A DNA stretch of 64,000 nucleotides, taken from NCBI GenBank assembly GCA_016744705.1, contig JADGDU010000005.1, positions 3,762 to 67,761 on the forward strand, written 5' to 3'. The stretch comes from Candidatus Krumholzibacteriia bacterium. GTDB lineage: Bacteria; Krumholzibacteriota; Krumholzibacteriia; LZORAL124-64-63. Below are positions 52,113 through 61,177 of the stretch, in pieces. Under the pieces are notes generated by a model that was not told the DNA's origin, ran no database searches, and was given only the letters and a program-made list of their open reading frames with translations. The position numbers and the translations under genes were made by a program. Within the stretch, counting starts at the first letter, position 1, and each line of letters starts with the position of its first letter.

Positions 52113-52125
52113 TGTGGGCTTTCCA

Positions 52126-52153
52126 CTAACCCCGGCTGGATGGTCGGGGTTAG
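52126..52153. terminator. Perfect 9-bp stem hairpin between convergent genes (possible bidirectional terminator).
   Basis: The hairpin is ctaaccccg-N10-cggggttag. No strong T-run follows. Confidence 0.35.
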
Positions 52154-52167
52154 TCTTGGTTCAAGGC

Positions 52168-52512
52168 TCATCCGGGGGGCCAGTCCAGGGATCTTCCACC
52201 CAGGATGTGCAAGTGCAGGTGGCCTACTGTTTGGCCGCCATCCTGCCCATTGTTGATCACAAAACGATATCCGTTGGAATTCAAGCCCTCATCGGCCGCA
52301 ATCTGTGTGGCGCGGGTCAGTAATTTTCCGGCCAGAAGACTGTCCTCAGTAGTAAGGTCTGAGAGGCCGGAAATGTGACGCCGCGGGATGACCAAAATGT
52401 GTGTTGGAGCCTGGGGATCAATGTCGCCGAAGGCTAGGAAATCGTCATCAGCGAAAATTTCGGTGCAGGGAATTTGGCCTGCGGCAATTTTGCAAAAAAG
52501 ACAATCACTCAT
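52168..52512 (-). CDS. HIT-family (Hint-like) histidine triad nucleotide-binding protein.
   Basis: It opens MSDCLFCKI… and has …VGHLHLHILGG…. I placed the start at the internal Met, 14 codons into the ORF. Confidence 0.85.
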   Translation of the reverse strand: MSDCLFCKIAAGQIPCTEIFADDDFLAFGDIDPQAPTHILVIPRRHISGLSDLTTEDSLLAGKLLTRATQIAADEGLNSNGYRFVINNGQDGGQTVGHLHLHILGGRSLDWPPG

Positions 52513-52587
52513 GCTGGAGTTTCCTTTTTTGGGGAATGGAAATGATGTCTGCAAACCTTAACACATGGCCGCCGGAGAGGAAACAGG

Positions 52588-53529
52588 ATGATGCCTGAGT
52601 CACCGCGGATTCTGGTGATCGGATACAATGCTTTTGACATCACTGTGCCTGTGGACCGTTTTCCCGTCCCAGATTCCAAAGCCGAAGTTCCCTTTGTCAA
52701 ATTGGGTGGAGGAGGCCCCGGAGCTACGGCTGCGGTGGCCATGTCCCGGTTGGGGGCCAAGGTTCAGTTGGTTACTCCGCTGACTCAGGATGCCGGTGGT
52801 TTGATCCAGCGTGATGAATTGATGGCCGCCGGTGTTGACCTCACTGGTAGTGTCGTTTTCCCCGAATATGCGTGCGCCAAGGCCGTGATTCTTGTTCAAC
52901 CTGCCACCGGTGAGCGAACCATTTTCTGGTCCCGGGGGGACTTGCCTCTTCTGGATGCGGCCTCCTGGGAGTCCCAATGGTTGGACGGAGTGGACTTGCT
53001 TTATCTTGATGGGCACGAACCGGACCTCAGTATGGTGGCCGCTCGGGAGGCTCGCGCCAGAGGGGTGCCCGTGGTTCTGGATGCCGGATCGGTGCGCTCA
53101 GGGAGCGAGGAGTTGGTGGCGCTATGCACTGACGTCATCTCCTCATCGGTTTTTGCACTGCAATTGGCAGGGTCTGAAGATCCTCTGGAGGCCTTGACCG
53201 AACTCCGCAAACGGGGCCCCAAGAATGTGGCCATGACCTTTGGGGCTGAAGGGGTCTTGGCCCTGGCTGAAGAGCCTTTTGCTATTCCAGCCTTCGAGGT
53301 TGAGGTTTGTGATACCACTGGGGCGGGCGATGTTTTTCATGCCGGGTATGCCTTTTCTCTGGCCTGTGGGGGGCAGTTCGAGTATAACCTCACATTTGGT
53401 GCTGCGGTGGCTGCGCTCAAATGTGCTCACTGGGGTGGCCGGGGTGGTTTGCCTCTTTTGGCTGATGTTCAGGAAATCCTTCGGTCTGGTCAGACCCTTC
53501 CTCTTTCTGCCCGATTCCATCTTTCTTAA
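52588..53529 (+). CDS. PfkB-family carbohydrate kinase (ribokinase-like).
   Basis: It has an N-terminal GG motif and the C-terminal anion-hole motif DTTGAGDVF. Confidence 0.8.
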   Translation: MMPESPRILVIGYNAFDITVPVDRFPVPDSKAEVPFVKLGGGGPGATAAVAMSRLGAKVQLVTPLTQDAGGLIQRDELMAAGVDLTGSVVFPEYACAKAVILVQPATGERTIFWSRGDLPLLDAASWESQWLDGVDLLYLDGHEPDLSMVAAREARARGVPVVLDAGSVRSGSEELVALCTDVISSSVFALQLAGSEDPLEALTELRKRGPKNVAMTFGAEGVLALAEEPFAIPAFEVEVCDTTGAGDVFHAGYAFSLACGGQFEYNLTFGAAVAALKCAHWGGRGGLPLLADVQEILRSGQTLPLSARFHLS

Positions 53530-53625
53530 AATTTCTCATGATTTTGTTGTTTTTTCGCTGGACTTTCGTCTTGGTTTCGCCTAGGTTGGGCCTACTATTA
53601 CCCGTTTACCTATGGGGAGGAAATC

Positions 53626-54234
53626 ATGGGACTCACGCGCCGACAGGCTGAAATTCTTGCATACATCACTCAATTTACGGAAGTCGAGGGTTTTGCACCC
53701 ACACTACAGGAAGTGGGTGAAAAGTTTGGCCTCTCATCGGTTGCCACGGTGCACAAGCACATCAGCAATCTGGTGGAGAAAGGGTATCTTCTGCGTTCCC
53801 GCCGCAATTCCAGCCGAGATTTGGAAGTGGTCAGCCAACATTCAGAAGAACCCAGCCTTGTGCGCATTCCCCTGCTGGGTACCGTCGCGGCCGGCTTGCC
53901 CGTGGAAGCCCTTGACGAGCACGAAGAGATCATTTTGCCCACGGAGTGGCTGGGGCGTGGCCGCACGTTTGCTTTGCGAGTCCGCGGCGATTCCATGATT
54001 GATGAACAGATTCGCGATGGGGATACAGTGGTGGTTGAGTCCCGAGAAATGGCTCGCAATGGAGAAACCGTCATTGCCCTGGTGGATGGGGATTCCGTCA
54101 CCGTCAAACAGTACTACCGTGAAGGGCCCAGCATTCGCCTGCAACCCGCCAACCCCACTGTGCCGGTGCTTGTTTTGCCTGAAGAGCGTGTCCAGGTGCA
54201 GGGTGTTGTCATTGGCGTCCTACGACGTTTCTAG
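53626..54234 (+). CDS. lexA: SOS repressor LexA.
   Basis: It has an N-terminal winged HTH, a cleavage-site region (…VAAGLP…) and the S24 peptidase Ser-Lys dyad region (…RVRGDSM…TVKQY…). Confidence 0.9.
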   Translation: MGLTRRQAEILAYITQFTEVEGFAPTLQEVGEKFGLSSVATVHKHISNLVEKGYLLRSRRNSSRDLEVVSQHSEEPSLVRIPLLGTVAAGLPVEALDEHEEIILPTEWLGRGRTFALRVRGDSMIDEQIRDGDTVVVESREMARNGETVIALVDGDSVTVKQYYREGPSIRLQPANPTVPVLVLPEERVQVQGVVIGVLRRF

Positions 54235-54236
54235 GT

Positions 54237-55277
54237 TTGGAGACCGGAGCAGAAAATCCGGTCCCGGGGCAGGCTGAAAATGCTTCTTGTCTGATTTTAC
54301 ACCTACGGCTGTGCGCTCCTGGAGGGGCGGTGCCTAATCCACAAGGTGATATCCTGCGGCGGGAATTCTATTCTCGCATCACCCCCGCCTGGGAAGTGAT
54401 ACCCGATGGTGTTCTCTTGGATCTGCGGGGGATGCAGCGGCTTCATGGACCGGGGGCTAATGGGGCGGAGAGCATATGCGCCTTGGCCCTAAGGGAGTTC
54501 CCCATTTGGTCTGCTGGCCTGGCTTCCTCACCTCTGGCCGCGCAGTTAGCCTCGTTGATGGGTGGGATGGGGAAAGGGCAAAAACTCTTTTCAGTACCCC
54601 GGGGGGCTGTGCCATCTTTTTTAGCTGGTTTTTCCATTAATGTATTGTCCCACCATTCCCGTGAGGTTCCCCGGTTGCATGCTTTAGGAGTCCACACCCT
54701 AGGGGATTTGCAGGTTCTACCCAAAAACTTGTTGTCGGCTGTTTTTGGTACCGTTGGGGATCAGTTGGCTCTGGATGCCTGGGGAATTCCTTCCGGAAAT
54801 CTGGGCACCAACGATTCCGGACCTCAATCTTTAACTGTGGCGGCCGTTCGTTTTGCGAAGCCGCTTGTTTCCCATGGGGGAGAAAAGGCATTGCGGAGGG
54901 CCTTGGCCATGAGGGCTTTGTGCAAAGTTTCGGCTCCTGGCCGCTGGTCTCTGTCGGTCTGCTGGTCCAGCGGGGCCAGTTCCACAGTGGAGATTTCAGG
55001 CCCCAGAGGAGAATCCTGGCCGGCTTGGTTGGTCCTGTTGGACGACCTGTGGGCGAAACTTCCTGCGCACCGGCAGGGCATTCGCCAGATCCGGTTGCTT
55101 TTTCGTGGCACTGATGATTCCTTTTCGTCCCAACTGAGTCTGTTCGAAAAATCGGGGGATGCCCAGGCTTTGGGTTTGGCCATGTTCCAAATCAGCCAGA
55201 AATTTGAGTCTTCTTTGGCTCCGGCCAGTGAGGCGCTGTTGGAAAAATGGGGTGCCCGTTGGGCAAAAAATCCCTGA
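54237..55277 (+). CDS. Catalytically degenerate Y-family DNA polymerase homolog (DinB-like / ImuB-like).
   Basis: Alignment by eye to E. coli DinB shows the following. HVDMD aligns with HLRLC, so both catalytic Asp are lost. SLDEAYLDV aligns with IPDGVLLDL, so Glu104 becomes Gly. SAGVAP aligns with SAGLAS. The HhH region GDVQ…LLKRFGKFG aligns with GDLQ…LLSAVFGTVG. The gene starts 3 nt after the lexA stop. Confidence 0.6.
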   Translation: METGAENPVPGQAENASCLILHLRLCAPGGAVPNPQGDILRREFYSRITPAWEVIPDGVLLDLRGMQRLHGPGANGAESICALALREFPIWSAGLASSPLAAQLASLMGGMGKGQKLFSVPRGAVPSFLAGFSINVLSHHSREVPRLHALGVHTLGDLQVLPKNLLSAVFGTVGDQLALDAWGIPSGNLGTNDSGPQSLTVAAVRFAKPLVSHGGEKALRRALAMRALCKVSAPGRWSLSVCWSSGASSTVEISGPRGESWPAWLVLLDDLWAKLPAHRQGIRQIRLLFRGTDDSFSSQLSLFEKSGDAQALGLAMFQISQKFESSLAPASEALLEKWGARWAKNP

Positions 55278-55316
55278 AAATGTAGTTATCTTTTACCGAT
55301 GAGTGCCACAGGCTTG

Positions 55317-55345
55317 TTGACGCTTATGGCCAAGGCGGGTAGCAT
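55317..55345 (+). promoter_or_regulatory. Possible sigma70-like promoter upstream of hsp20 (-35 TTGACG, 17 nt, -10 TAGCAT).
   Basis: The hexamers were read directly. The -10 is weak. Confidence 0.3.
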
Positions 55346-55395
55346 ACTAGGATCTTGTGTATTACCGTTCAGACTGCAGCTGGGGAGAAGCGCGA

Positions 55396-55830
55396 ATGGG
55401 AAAGAAAGCCCGGTCCGGGCAATTGGATGAAATTTTCGAAATTCTCGTTGCTTCGTATGCTCAAAAAGGCGGAGTTGTTCCCCCTGAGGGAGAGCTTTGT
55501 TGGCATCCGGCCACTGATGCGTATGAAACCAATGAGTCCTTTGTGGTCCAAATGGATCTTGCGGGGATGGACCCCAGTCGGATAGAAGTTTTGGCCGACC
55601 AGCACAGCCTGTTGGTCCGTGGCATTCGGCCAGAGGCGCCCGCTGAGGGCAAGAAGCATTACCATAAGATGGAAATTAGCATTGGTCCTTTTTCCCGACG
55701 TGTTCCCATCTCGGTGGATGTTGATCCCAACAGCGCTGTGGCTATATATCGGAACGGTTTCCTTGTGGTCACTTTTCAAAGAGGCGACACGGGCGAAGGA
55801 CAGAAACGCAGCATCAGCATTAATGGCTGA
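55396..55830 (+). CDS. Small heat-shock protein, Hsp20/alpha-crystallin family.
   Basis: It has an alpha-crystallin domain (…PATDAYETNESFVVQMDLAGMDPSRIEV…). I placed the start at the internal ATG at 55396. Confidence 0.85.
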   Translation: MGKKARSGQLDEIFEILVASYAQKGGVVPPEGELCWHPATDAYETNESFVVQMDLAGMDPSRIEVLADQHSLLVRGIRPEAPAEGKKHYHKMEISIGPFSRRVPISVDVDPNSAVAIYRNGFLVVTFQRGDTGEGQKRSISING

Positions 55831-55894
55831 TTTTTACAGAGATAAATGATCCGGATCATTCCGGAATATCAATCAATCGAAGGAGCGGGGCCCC

Positions 55895-58285
55895 ATGCCG
55901 GACAATGACCGGAACTTCATGGAAAATGATCAAGTGGAAGAGTTGTATTTGCCGGAAGAGATGCCCATTCTGCCCATCAGTGAGGCAGTCATCTTCCCGG
56001 CTATGATGGTGCCACTGGTTTTGAGCGATACCAACTTGGTACGGCTGGCGGATGATTGTCTGGCTGGCGACAAAATCCTGGGGACTTTTGCCCAAAGGGA
56101 ATTGGTGTCCGACGACGAGGAAGATGTGGATGAAAAAGATCTGATCTACCACGTGGGTACTGCTGTAAAAATCCAGAAGATGTTACGTTTTCCAGATGGA
56201 AGCATCCGCCTGCTGGGGCAAGGTGTGGCCAGGTGCCGTATCAAAAAATTCATTGAGGGCGAACCTTATATGAAGGCCCAGGTGGAGTTGATTGATGAAG
56301 ATGTTCAGGAAGATTCCCGCACCCTGGCCTATATGCGTGGGGTGGCCAATAATTTCCTGAAAATTATTGATACCAGTGAAACTCTTTCAGAAGAGTTGAA
56401 GGTTGTCGTCATGAACATTGACGACCCGGGCCGGTTGGCTGATCTCATCGCCACCAACCTGGACGTGGATGTGGCGGAGAAGCAATCCATGCTGGAGGAA
56501 AAATCCCCGCGCAAGCGCCTGCAAATGCTTTCCAAACTGGTCATGCGCGAATTGGACGTATTAGAGCTGGGGCAAAAACTTCAGACCACTGTGCGCAAGA
56601 GCATCGACAAAGACCAGCGTGAATATTATCTGCGCCAGCAATTGAAAGCCATCCAGCGAGAGCTGGGGGACACTGACGAGGGTTCCGTCGAATTGGACGA
56701 ATTGGCCGAGCGTATCGCCGATGCCGATTTGCCCGAAAAGGTGAAGGCCGCTGCCGAACGGGAATACGACCGTCTGAGCCGGATGTCACCAGGAGCCAGC
56801 GAATACACAGTGAGCAAAACCTATGTCGATTGGCTTTTGGAGCTGCCATGGAACGTCAGCAGTGAAGACAAACTGGATCTGGACCGGGCGCAGGAGATTC
56901 TGGAACGGGACCACTTCGGCCTGGAAGATGTCAAAGAACGCATCATCGAATATCTGGCCGTGCGTAAGCTGAAAGACAACCATCGTGGTCCCATCCTTTG
57001 CCTGGCCGGGCCTCCTGGCGTGGGTAAAACCAGCCTCGGGCGCAGCATTGCTGAAGCAGTGGGAAGAAAGTTCTTCCGTTTCAGTTTGGGTGGTATGCGT
57101 GATGAAGCGGAGATCCGTGGGCATCGCCGCACCTATGTGGGCTCTATGCCTGGGCGCATCATTGCCGGGCTCAAAGAATGCGAAACCAATAATCCTCTGA
57201 TCATGCTCGATGAAATTGATAAATTGGGCAATGATTTCCGAGGTGATCCGGCCAGTGCTTTGCTGGAAGTTTTGGATCCCGAGCAGAACAGTGATTTTAC
57301 GGATCACTATCTGACTCTTCCGTTTGATCTTTCCAAAGTGATGTTCATCACCACGGCTAATATGTTGGACACCATCCCGCGGCCCTTGTTGGACCGCATG
57401 GAGATGATCCACCTGGCTGGTTATACCAACTTGGAAAAACTTCAAATTGCCAAACGATATCTGGCACCACGCCAGATTGAAGAGAACGGATTGACCAACA
57501 AGCATATTCGTTTCACCGATGCGGGATTGATGAGCATCATCGAAGACCACACCCGGGAGGCCGGAGTGCGGCAACTGGAACGGGAAATTGGTGGTGTGTG
57601 CCGTAAGGTTGCTACCGCGGTGGCCAAAGGCAAACGGAAGAAACAAAGTGTTGGTGCCAAAAACCTTGAAGACTACCTCGGACCGCCAAGCTATTCTGGC
57701 GACCGGTTACGCAGTCGTCTGAAGGTTGGGGTTGTCACGGGCTTGGCCTGGACCCAGGTGGGCGGCAAAATCCTTTATATTGAAGGTTTGAATCTGCCAG
57801 GGGGACGTGGGGTTTTGAAACTCACGGGCCAGGTGGGCAGTGTGATGCAAGAATCCGCCAGTGCGGCCTATAGTTATTTGCGCCATCGATTCGGGGCCCG
57901 AGAGGAATACACGGAGTTTTTCACCAAGCGGGATATTCACATCCACTTGCCAGCTGGAGCCACTCCCAAGGATGGCCCCAGTGCAGGTATTGCCATGGCC
58001 TCTGTGCTGCTTTCCCTGATGCTCAAAAAACCTCTTAGCCGGTACACAGCCATGACCGGGGAAATCACACTCACTGGAGCAGTTCTGCCCATTGGTGGAT
58101 TGCTGGAAAAGGTGTTGGCGGCTCACCGTGTGGGGATCAAACAGATTATCATTCCAGCCACCAATGAGACTGACTTGGAAGAAATTCCGGAAGAAGTTCG
58201 TGAGGCCATTAAGTTTGTGCCTGTCAGCCATGTGGACGAAGTCTGGGAGACTATTTTTCCCGAAATTGCTGATGGGACTATCTGA
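55895..58285 (+). CDS. lon: ATP-dependent protease Lon.
   Basis: It has the LON N-domain, an AAA+ Walker A (GPPGVGKTS) and the C-terminal S16 protease with its catalytic Ser region (…PKDGPSAGIAMA…). Confidence 0.95.
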   Translation: MPDNDRNFMENDQVEELYLPEEMPILPISEAVIFPAMMVPLVLSDTNLVRLADDCLAGDKILGTFAQRELVSDDEEDVDEKDLIYHVGTAVKIQKMLRFPDGSIRLLGQGVARCRIKKFIEGEPYMKAQVELIDEDVQEDSRTLAYMRGVANNFLKIIDTSETLSEELKVVVMNIDDPGRLADLIATNLDVDVAEKQSMLEEKSPRKRLQMLSKLVMRELDVLELGQKLQTTVRKSIDKDQREYYLRQQLKAIQRELGDTDEGSVELDELAERIADADLPEKVKAAAEREYDRLSRMSPGASEYTVSKTYVDWLLELPWNVSSEDKLDLDRAQEILERDHFGLEDVKERIIEYLAVRKLKDNHRGPILCLAGPPGVGKTSLGRSIAEAVGRKFFRFSLGGMRDEAEIRGHRRTYVGSMPGRIIAGLKECETNNPLIMLDEIDKLGNDFRGDPASALLEVLDPEQNSDFTDHYLTLPFDLSKVMFITTANMLDTIPRPLLDRMEMIHLAGYTNLEKLQIAKRYLAPRQIEENGLTNKHIRFTDAGLMSIIEDHTREAGVRQLEREIGGVCRKVATAVAKGKRKKQSVGAKNLEDYLGPPSYSGDRLRSRLKVGVVTGLAWTQVGGKILYIEGLNLPGGRGVLKLTGQVGSVMQESASAAYSYLRHRFGAREEYTEFFTKRDIHIHLPAGATPKDGPSAGIAMASVLLSLMLKKPLSRYTAMTGEITLTGAVLPIGGLLEKVLAAHRVGIKQIIIPATNETDLEEIPEEVREAIKFVPVSHVDEVWETIFPEIADGTI

Positions 58286-58299
58286 GAAAGGCCTTCTGC

Positions 58300-59463
58300 G
58301 TGTCGGAACACCGATTGATTACATCCATGATGCGGCCTTTTTTCCGTAAGGGAAAGGAAGCGTCCTTTACCTTGCCAGGTGCTCTGAATGAGTCCAGTAA
58401 AATTCTCTGCATTGATTCGGGTGAGCTTTCGGAGGTTGTCTTTCACATTCCCTTACTTAAGGCCATTCGCAAAAATTACCCAGCGGCAAGAATTGATTTT
58501 CTGCTTCCTGAAAAGCACCAGGCTCTGATGGTCCCCAGTGGACTCGTCAAACAGTGCATGGTCTATAAAGACAGCCAACTCAATCCGTGGATGCCCGCTT
58601 TTAGCTCATTGCTGCGTCAATTGGGCAAAGGGAAATACGACATGGCTGTGGTCATGTCTCGGCAAGCCTCTCCACGGTTGGAATTGGCGGCTTTGGCCAG
58701 TGGAGCCCGGCTCCGGTTGGGACCTTCCCATGAGGAGTCATGGCCTGCTATCAATTTTGAAATTCGTCCCCCTTCGTCATCCTCCCAATATTATGGAGAT
58801 CGCATTTTCTCCGCAGGTCCTTTTCTGGGATTACCCAACCGGGACATGAACAGCCGCTGGCCATTGCCGATGGAATTGGTCCGGCAGATGGCCCAGCAGG
58901 TCCACTTCCATAAGCCCAACCCAGACCAAATGCTCATTGGCGTGGAACCGGGAATCAGCAAAACCGGCCATCGTATGAAATTGGAGGACATCCACTTTCT
59001 GGTGCGCCAACTATCCACCCAGTTTATTTGTCGGGTGGTGCCTCTCGGAAAACCGTCGGAGGCCGACTTTCTTCAGAAATTTGAAACAAAGTTAGCAGAT
59101 GTTCCCTTGGGATTGCCCCGGGAATCTTTGCTGGATATGATTTTACTTTTATCCCAATGCGACCTTTTTATTGCTGGAAATACCGATTTTTTCCATTTCT
59201 CTGTGGCTTTGGGTTTGCCCACCGTAGGGTTATTTTCAGCTAAGGACGACCAATCCTGGATACCCAAAAACCGCAAAAGAGTGCGGGTCCTGCAGCTTGA
59301 TAAGGCAGGGCGTGTGGATTTGGAAACACTCATGGAAGCGGTTGAGACGGTGACCGAAGGGCGCTCCACCAAGGTGGCCCAGATTATTGGTCCATCAGAC
59401 CCCAGAACTACCGACACTCCTGATAATTCAGATAATTCGGAAACCACGAATCCCCATGACTGA
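58300..59463 (+). CDS. Glycosyltransferase family 9 (ADP-heptose:LPS heptosyltransferase-like).
   Basis: The GT9 N-terminal pattern is …ILCIDSGELSEVVFHIPLLKAIRKNYPAARIDFL…. It is about 380 aa. Confidence 0.65.
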   Translation: MSEHRLITSMMRPFFRKGKEASFTLPGALNESSKILCIDSGELSEVVFHIPLLKAIRKNYPAARIDFLLPEKHQALMVPSGLVKQCMVYKDSQLNPWMPAFSSLLRQLGKGKYDMAVVMSRQASPRLELAALASGARLRLGPSHEESWPAINFEIRPPSSSSQYYGDRIFSAGPFLGLPNRDMNSRWPLPMELVRQMAQQVHFHKPNPDQMLIGVEPGISKTGHRMKLEDIHFLVRQLSTQFICRVVPLGKPSEADFLQKFETKLADVPLGLPRESLLDMILLLSQCDLFIAGNTDFFHFSVALGLPTVGLFSAKDDQSWIPKNRKRVRVLQLDKAGRVDLETLMEAVETVTEGRSTKVAQIIGPSDPRTTDTPDNSDNSETTNPHD

Positions 59464-60559
59464 GAACAGGCAGCCCGGACCTGAAGTGAAGGTTCTGCTG
59501 CTGGCGCCCAACTGGCTTGGGGATGCTGTCATGTTTTCGGCCTTGGTGGAATTTCTCCACCAAAACCGAGTTTTACCCGACGGCCGCAAAACGGAAATCC
59601 AATTGGCTGTGAGATCAGCTTGGGCTCCTGTTTTTGCTGAAGACCCACGACTCAGTCAAGTGTTCATTGTGCAACGTGACGGTCGCCACAGCGGCCTCAT
59701 GGGCGGCTTGAAATTAGGGCAGGACTTTCGACAATTGAACCCCCATGCCATCATTCTGGGCCCTCCTTCGCTACGAGCAGGAATTGCCGGTTGGCGCTCG
59801 GGTGCTGCCATGCGGGTTGGATATGGTGGGGATGGTCGAAATATTTTGCTGACTCACTCATTGGCCACTCCCACCCGGGGCATTTTTCACCACAGCGTTG
59901 AACTGGTGAAACTGGGAGAGTTGTTTTTGCAAGGCCTGGGGTCCCCAAATCATCACCATGAGAATGCCGAATTTTATCCCACTCTTCCAGGTTGCGACTC
60001 CATTGCTGCGGCTCTGCTCAAACCGACCACACCTTTATGGGTTCTGGCTCCCGGCGCTACCTACGGCTCTGCCAAAAGCTGGCCTCTGTCCCGATCCATG
60101 GATTTCGTGAAAACAGCGATACAGAAACATGGAAAAAGAGTGGTCCTTTTAGGTGACTCGGCAGCCTCTGCTTTTGCCAAGGGCTTAGCCGAGGGATTGG
60201 ATCTTTCACTGGAACAAAAGCTGGATGGGAAACCTGGTCTGGTGGATTTTACCGGCAGAACAGACTTGCAGAAGGTGGTTTCCATTCTTAAGTCGTGCCA
60301 AGTGTTTGTGGGAAATGATAGTGGTCTGATGCATTTGGCGGCTGCCCTGGAAGTTCCCACCGTTGGGGTTTTTGGTTCTTCCAATCCCCAATGGACTAGC
60401 CCCATGGGGCCTCGCACCCAAGTGGTCCATCCTGAAGGTTTTGATTGCCGTCCATGTTACCGAAAAAGCTGCAACCAGAAGGAATTTTGCCTCGACACCA
60501 TCACTGCAGAATCAGTGATGCATGCCGTCGATTTATTGATTTCATCCCACGGCTCGTAA
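59456..60559 (+). CDS. Glycosyltransferase family 9 heptosyltransferase (WaaF-like).
   Basis: It reads …VLLLAPNWLGDAVMFSALVEFL… and …GNDSGLMHLAAALEVPTVGVFG…. The ATG at 59456 overlaps the upstream stop. Confidence 0.75.
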   Translation: MTENRQPGPEVKVLLLAPNWLGDAVMFSALVEFLHQNRVLPDGRKTEIQLAVRSAWAPVFAEDPRLSQVFIVQRDGRHSGLMGGLKLGQDFRQLNPHAIILGPPSLRAGIAGWRSGAAMRVGYGGDGRNILLTHSLATPTRGIFHHSVELVKLGELFLQGLGSPNHHHENAEFYPTLPGCDSIAAALLKPTTPLWVLAPGATYGSAKSWPLSRSMDFVKTAIQKHGKRVVLLGDSAASAFAKGLAEGLDLSLEQKLDGKPGLVDFTGRTDLQKVVSILKSCQVFVGNDSGLMHLAAALEVPTVGVFGSSNPQWTSPMGPRTQVVHPEGFDCRPCYRKSCNQKEFCLDTITAESVMHAVDLLISSHGS

Positions 60560-60568
60560 AGGACTGCC

Positions 60569-61177
60569 ATGCCACTTTGGAAAAGCCATCCCAGCACCAC
60601 ATCGCAAGAGCCCAAGGATGCACTTTTTTTGGATCGCGACGGAGTCGTGAATGCTGACCGGCATTACCTGGCAGACCCTGATCAAGTGGAACTTTTGCCA
60701 GGGGTTGCTGAAGCCATGCTCAAAGCTCGCCAGGCGGGCTTTTGGTTGATTGGAGTTTCCAACCAATCAGGACTGGGACGCGGCATTTTCACTCATGATG
60801 ATTTTAAAGCTGTGATGCAGCGTTTGGAGGACCTCTTGGCTCAACAAGGTGTGTCCTTTGATGCCTTCTTTTATTGTCCCCATGCGCCCGGTGAAAGTTG
60901 TGACTGTCGGAAACCATTGCCGGGAATGTTAGACGAAGCGAAAAAAATCCTCCCTTACAAGGACAGTGGTTCCTGGGTTGTCGGCGACAAAAAAAGTGAT
61001 GTGGCCTTGGGACGACAGCGGGGGTTGGGCGGAATCCTGGTGCGCACTGGCTATGGAATTTCCCAGGAAGAAGATGTTCTGCGGACCTGGCCTGGTGATC
61101 CTACGGTCAGTGTGGTCGACGGATTGCCGGAGGCTGTGGACCTGATCCTTCGCCACCGGGAAGGGGAGGCATCTTGA
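60569..61177 (+). CDS. gmhB: D-glycero-D-manno-heptose 1,7-bisphosphate phosphatase (HAD-IIIA).
   Basis: It has HAD motif I (FLDRDGVVN) and the GmhB Zn-binding Cys cluster (…CPHAPGESCDCRKP…). Confidence 0.85.
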   Translation: MPLWKSHPSTTSQEPKDALFLDRDGVVNADRHYLADPDQVELLPGVAEAMLKARQAGFWLIGVSNQSGLGRGIFTHDDFKAVMQRLEDLLAQQGVSFDAFFYCPHAPGESCDCRKPLPGMLDEAKKILPYKDSGSWVVGDKKSDVALGRQRGLGGILVRTGYGISQEEDVLRTWPGDPTVSVVDGLPEAVDLILRHREGEAS

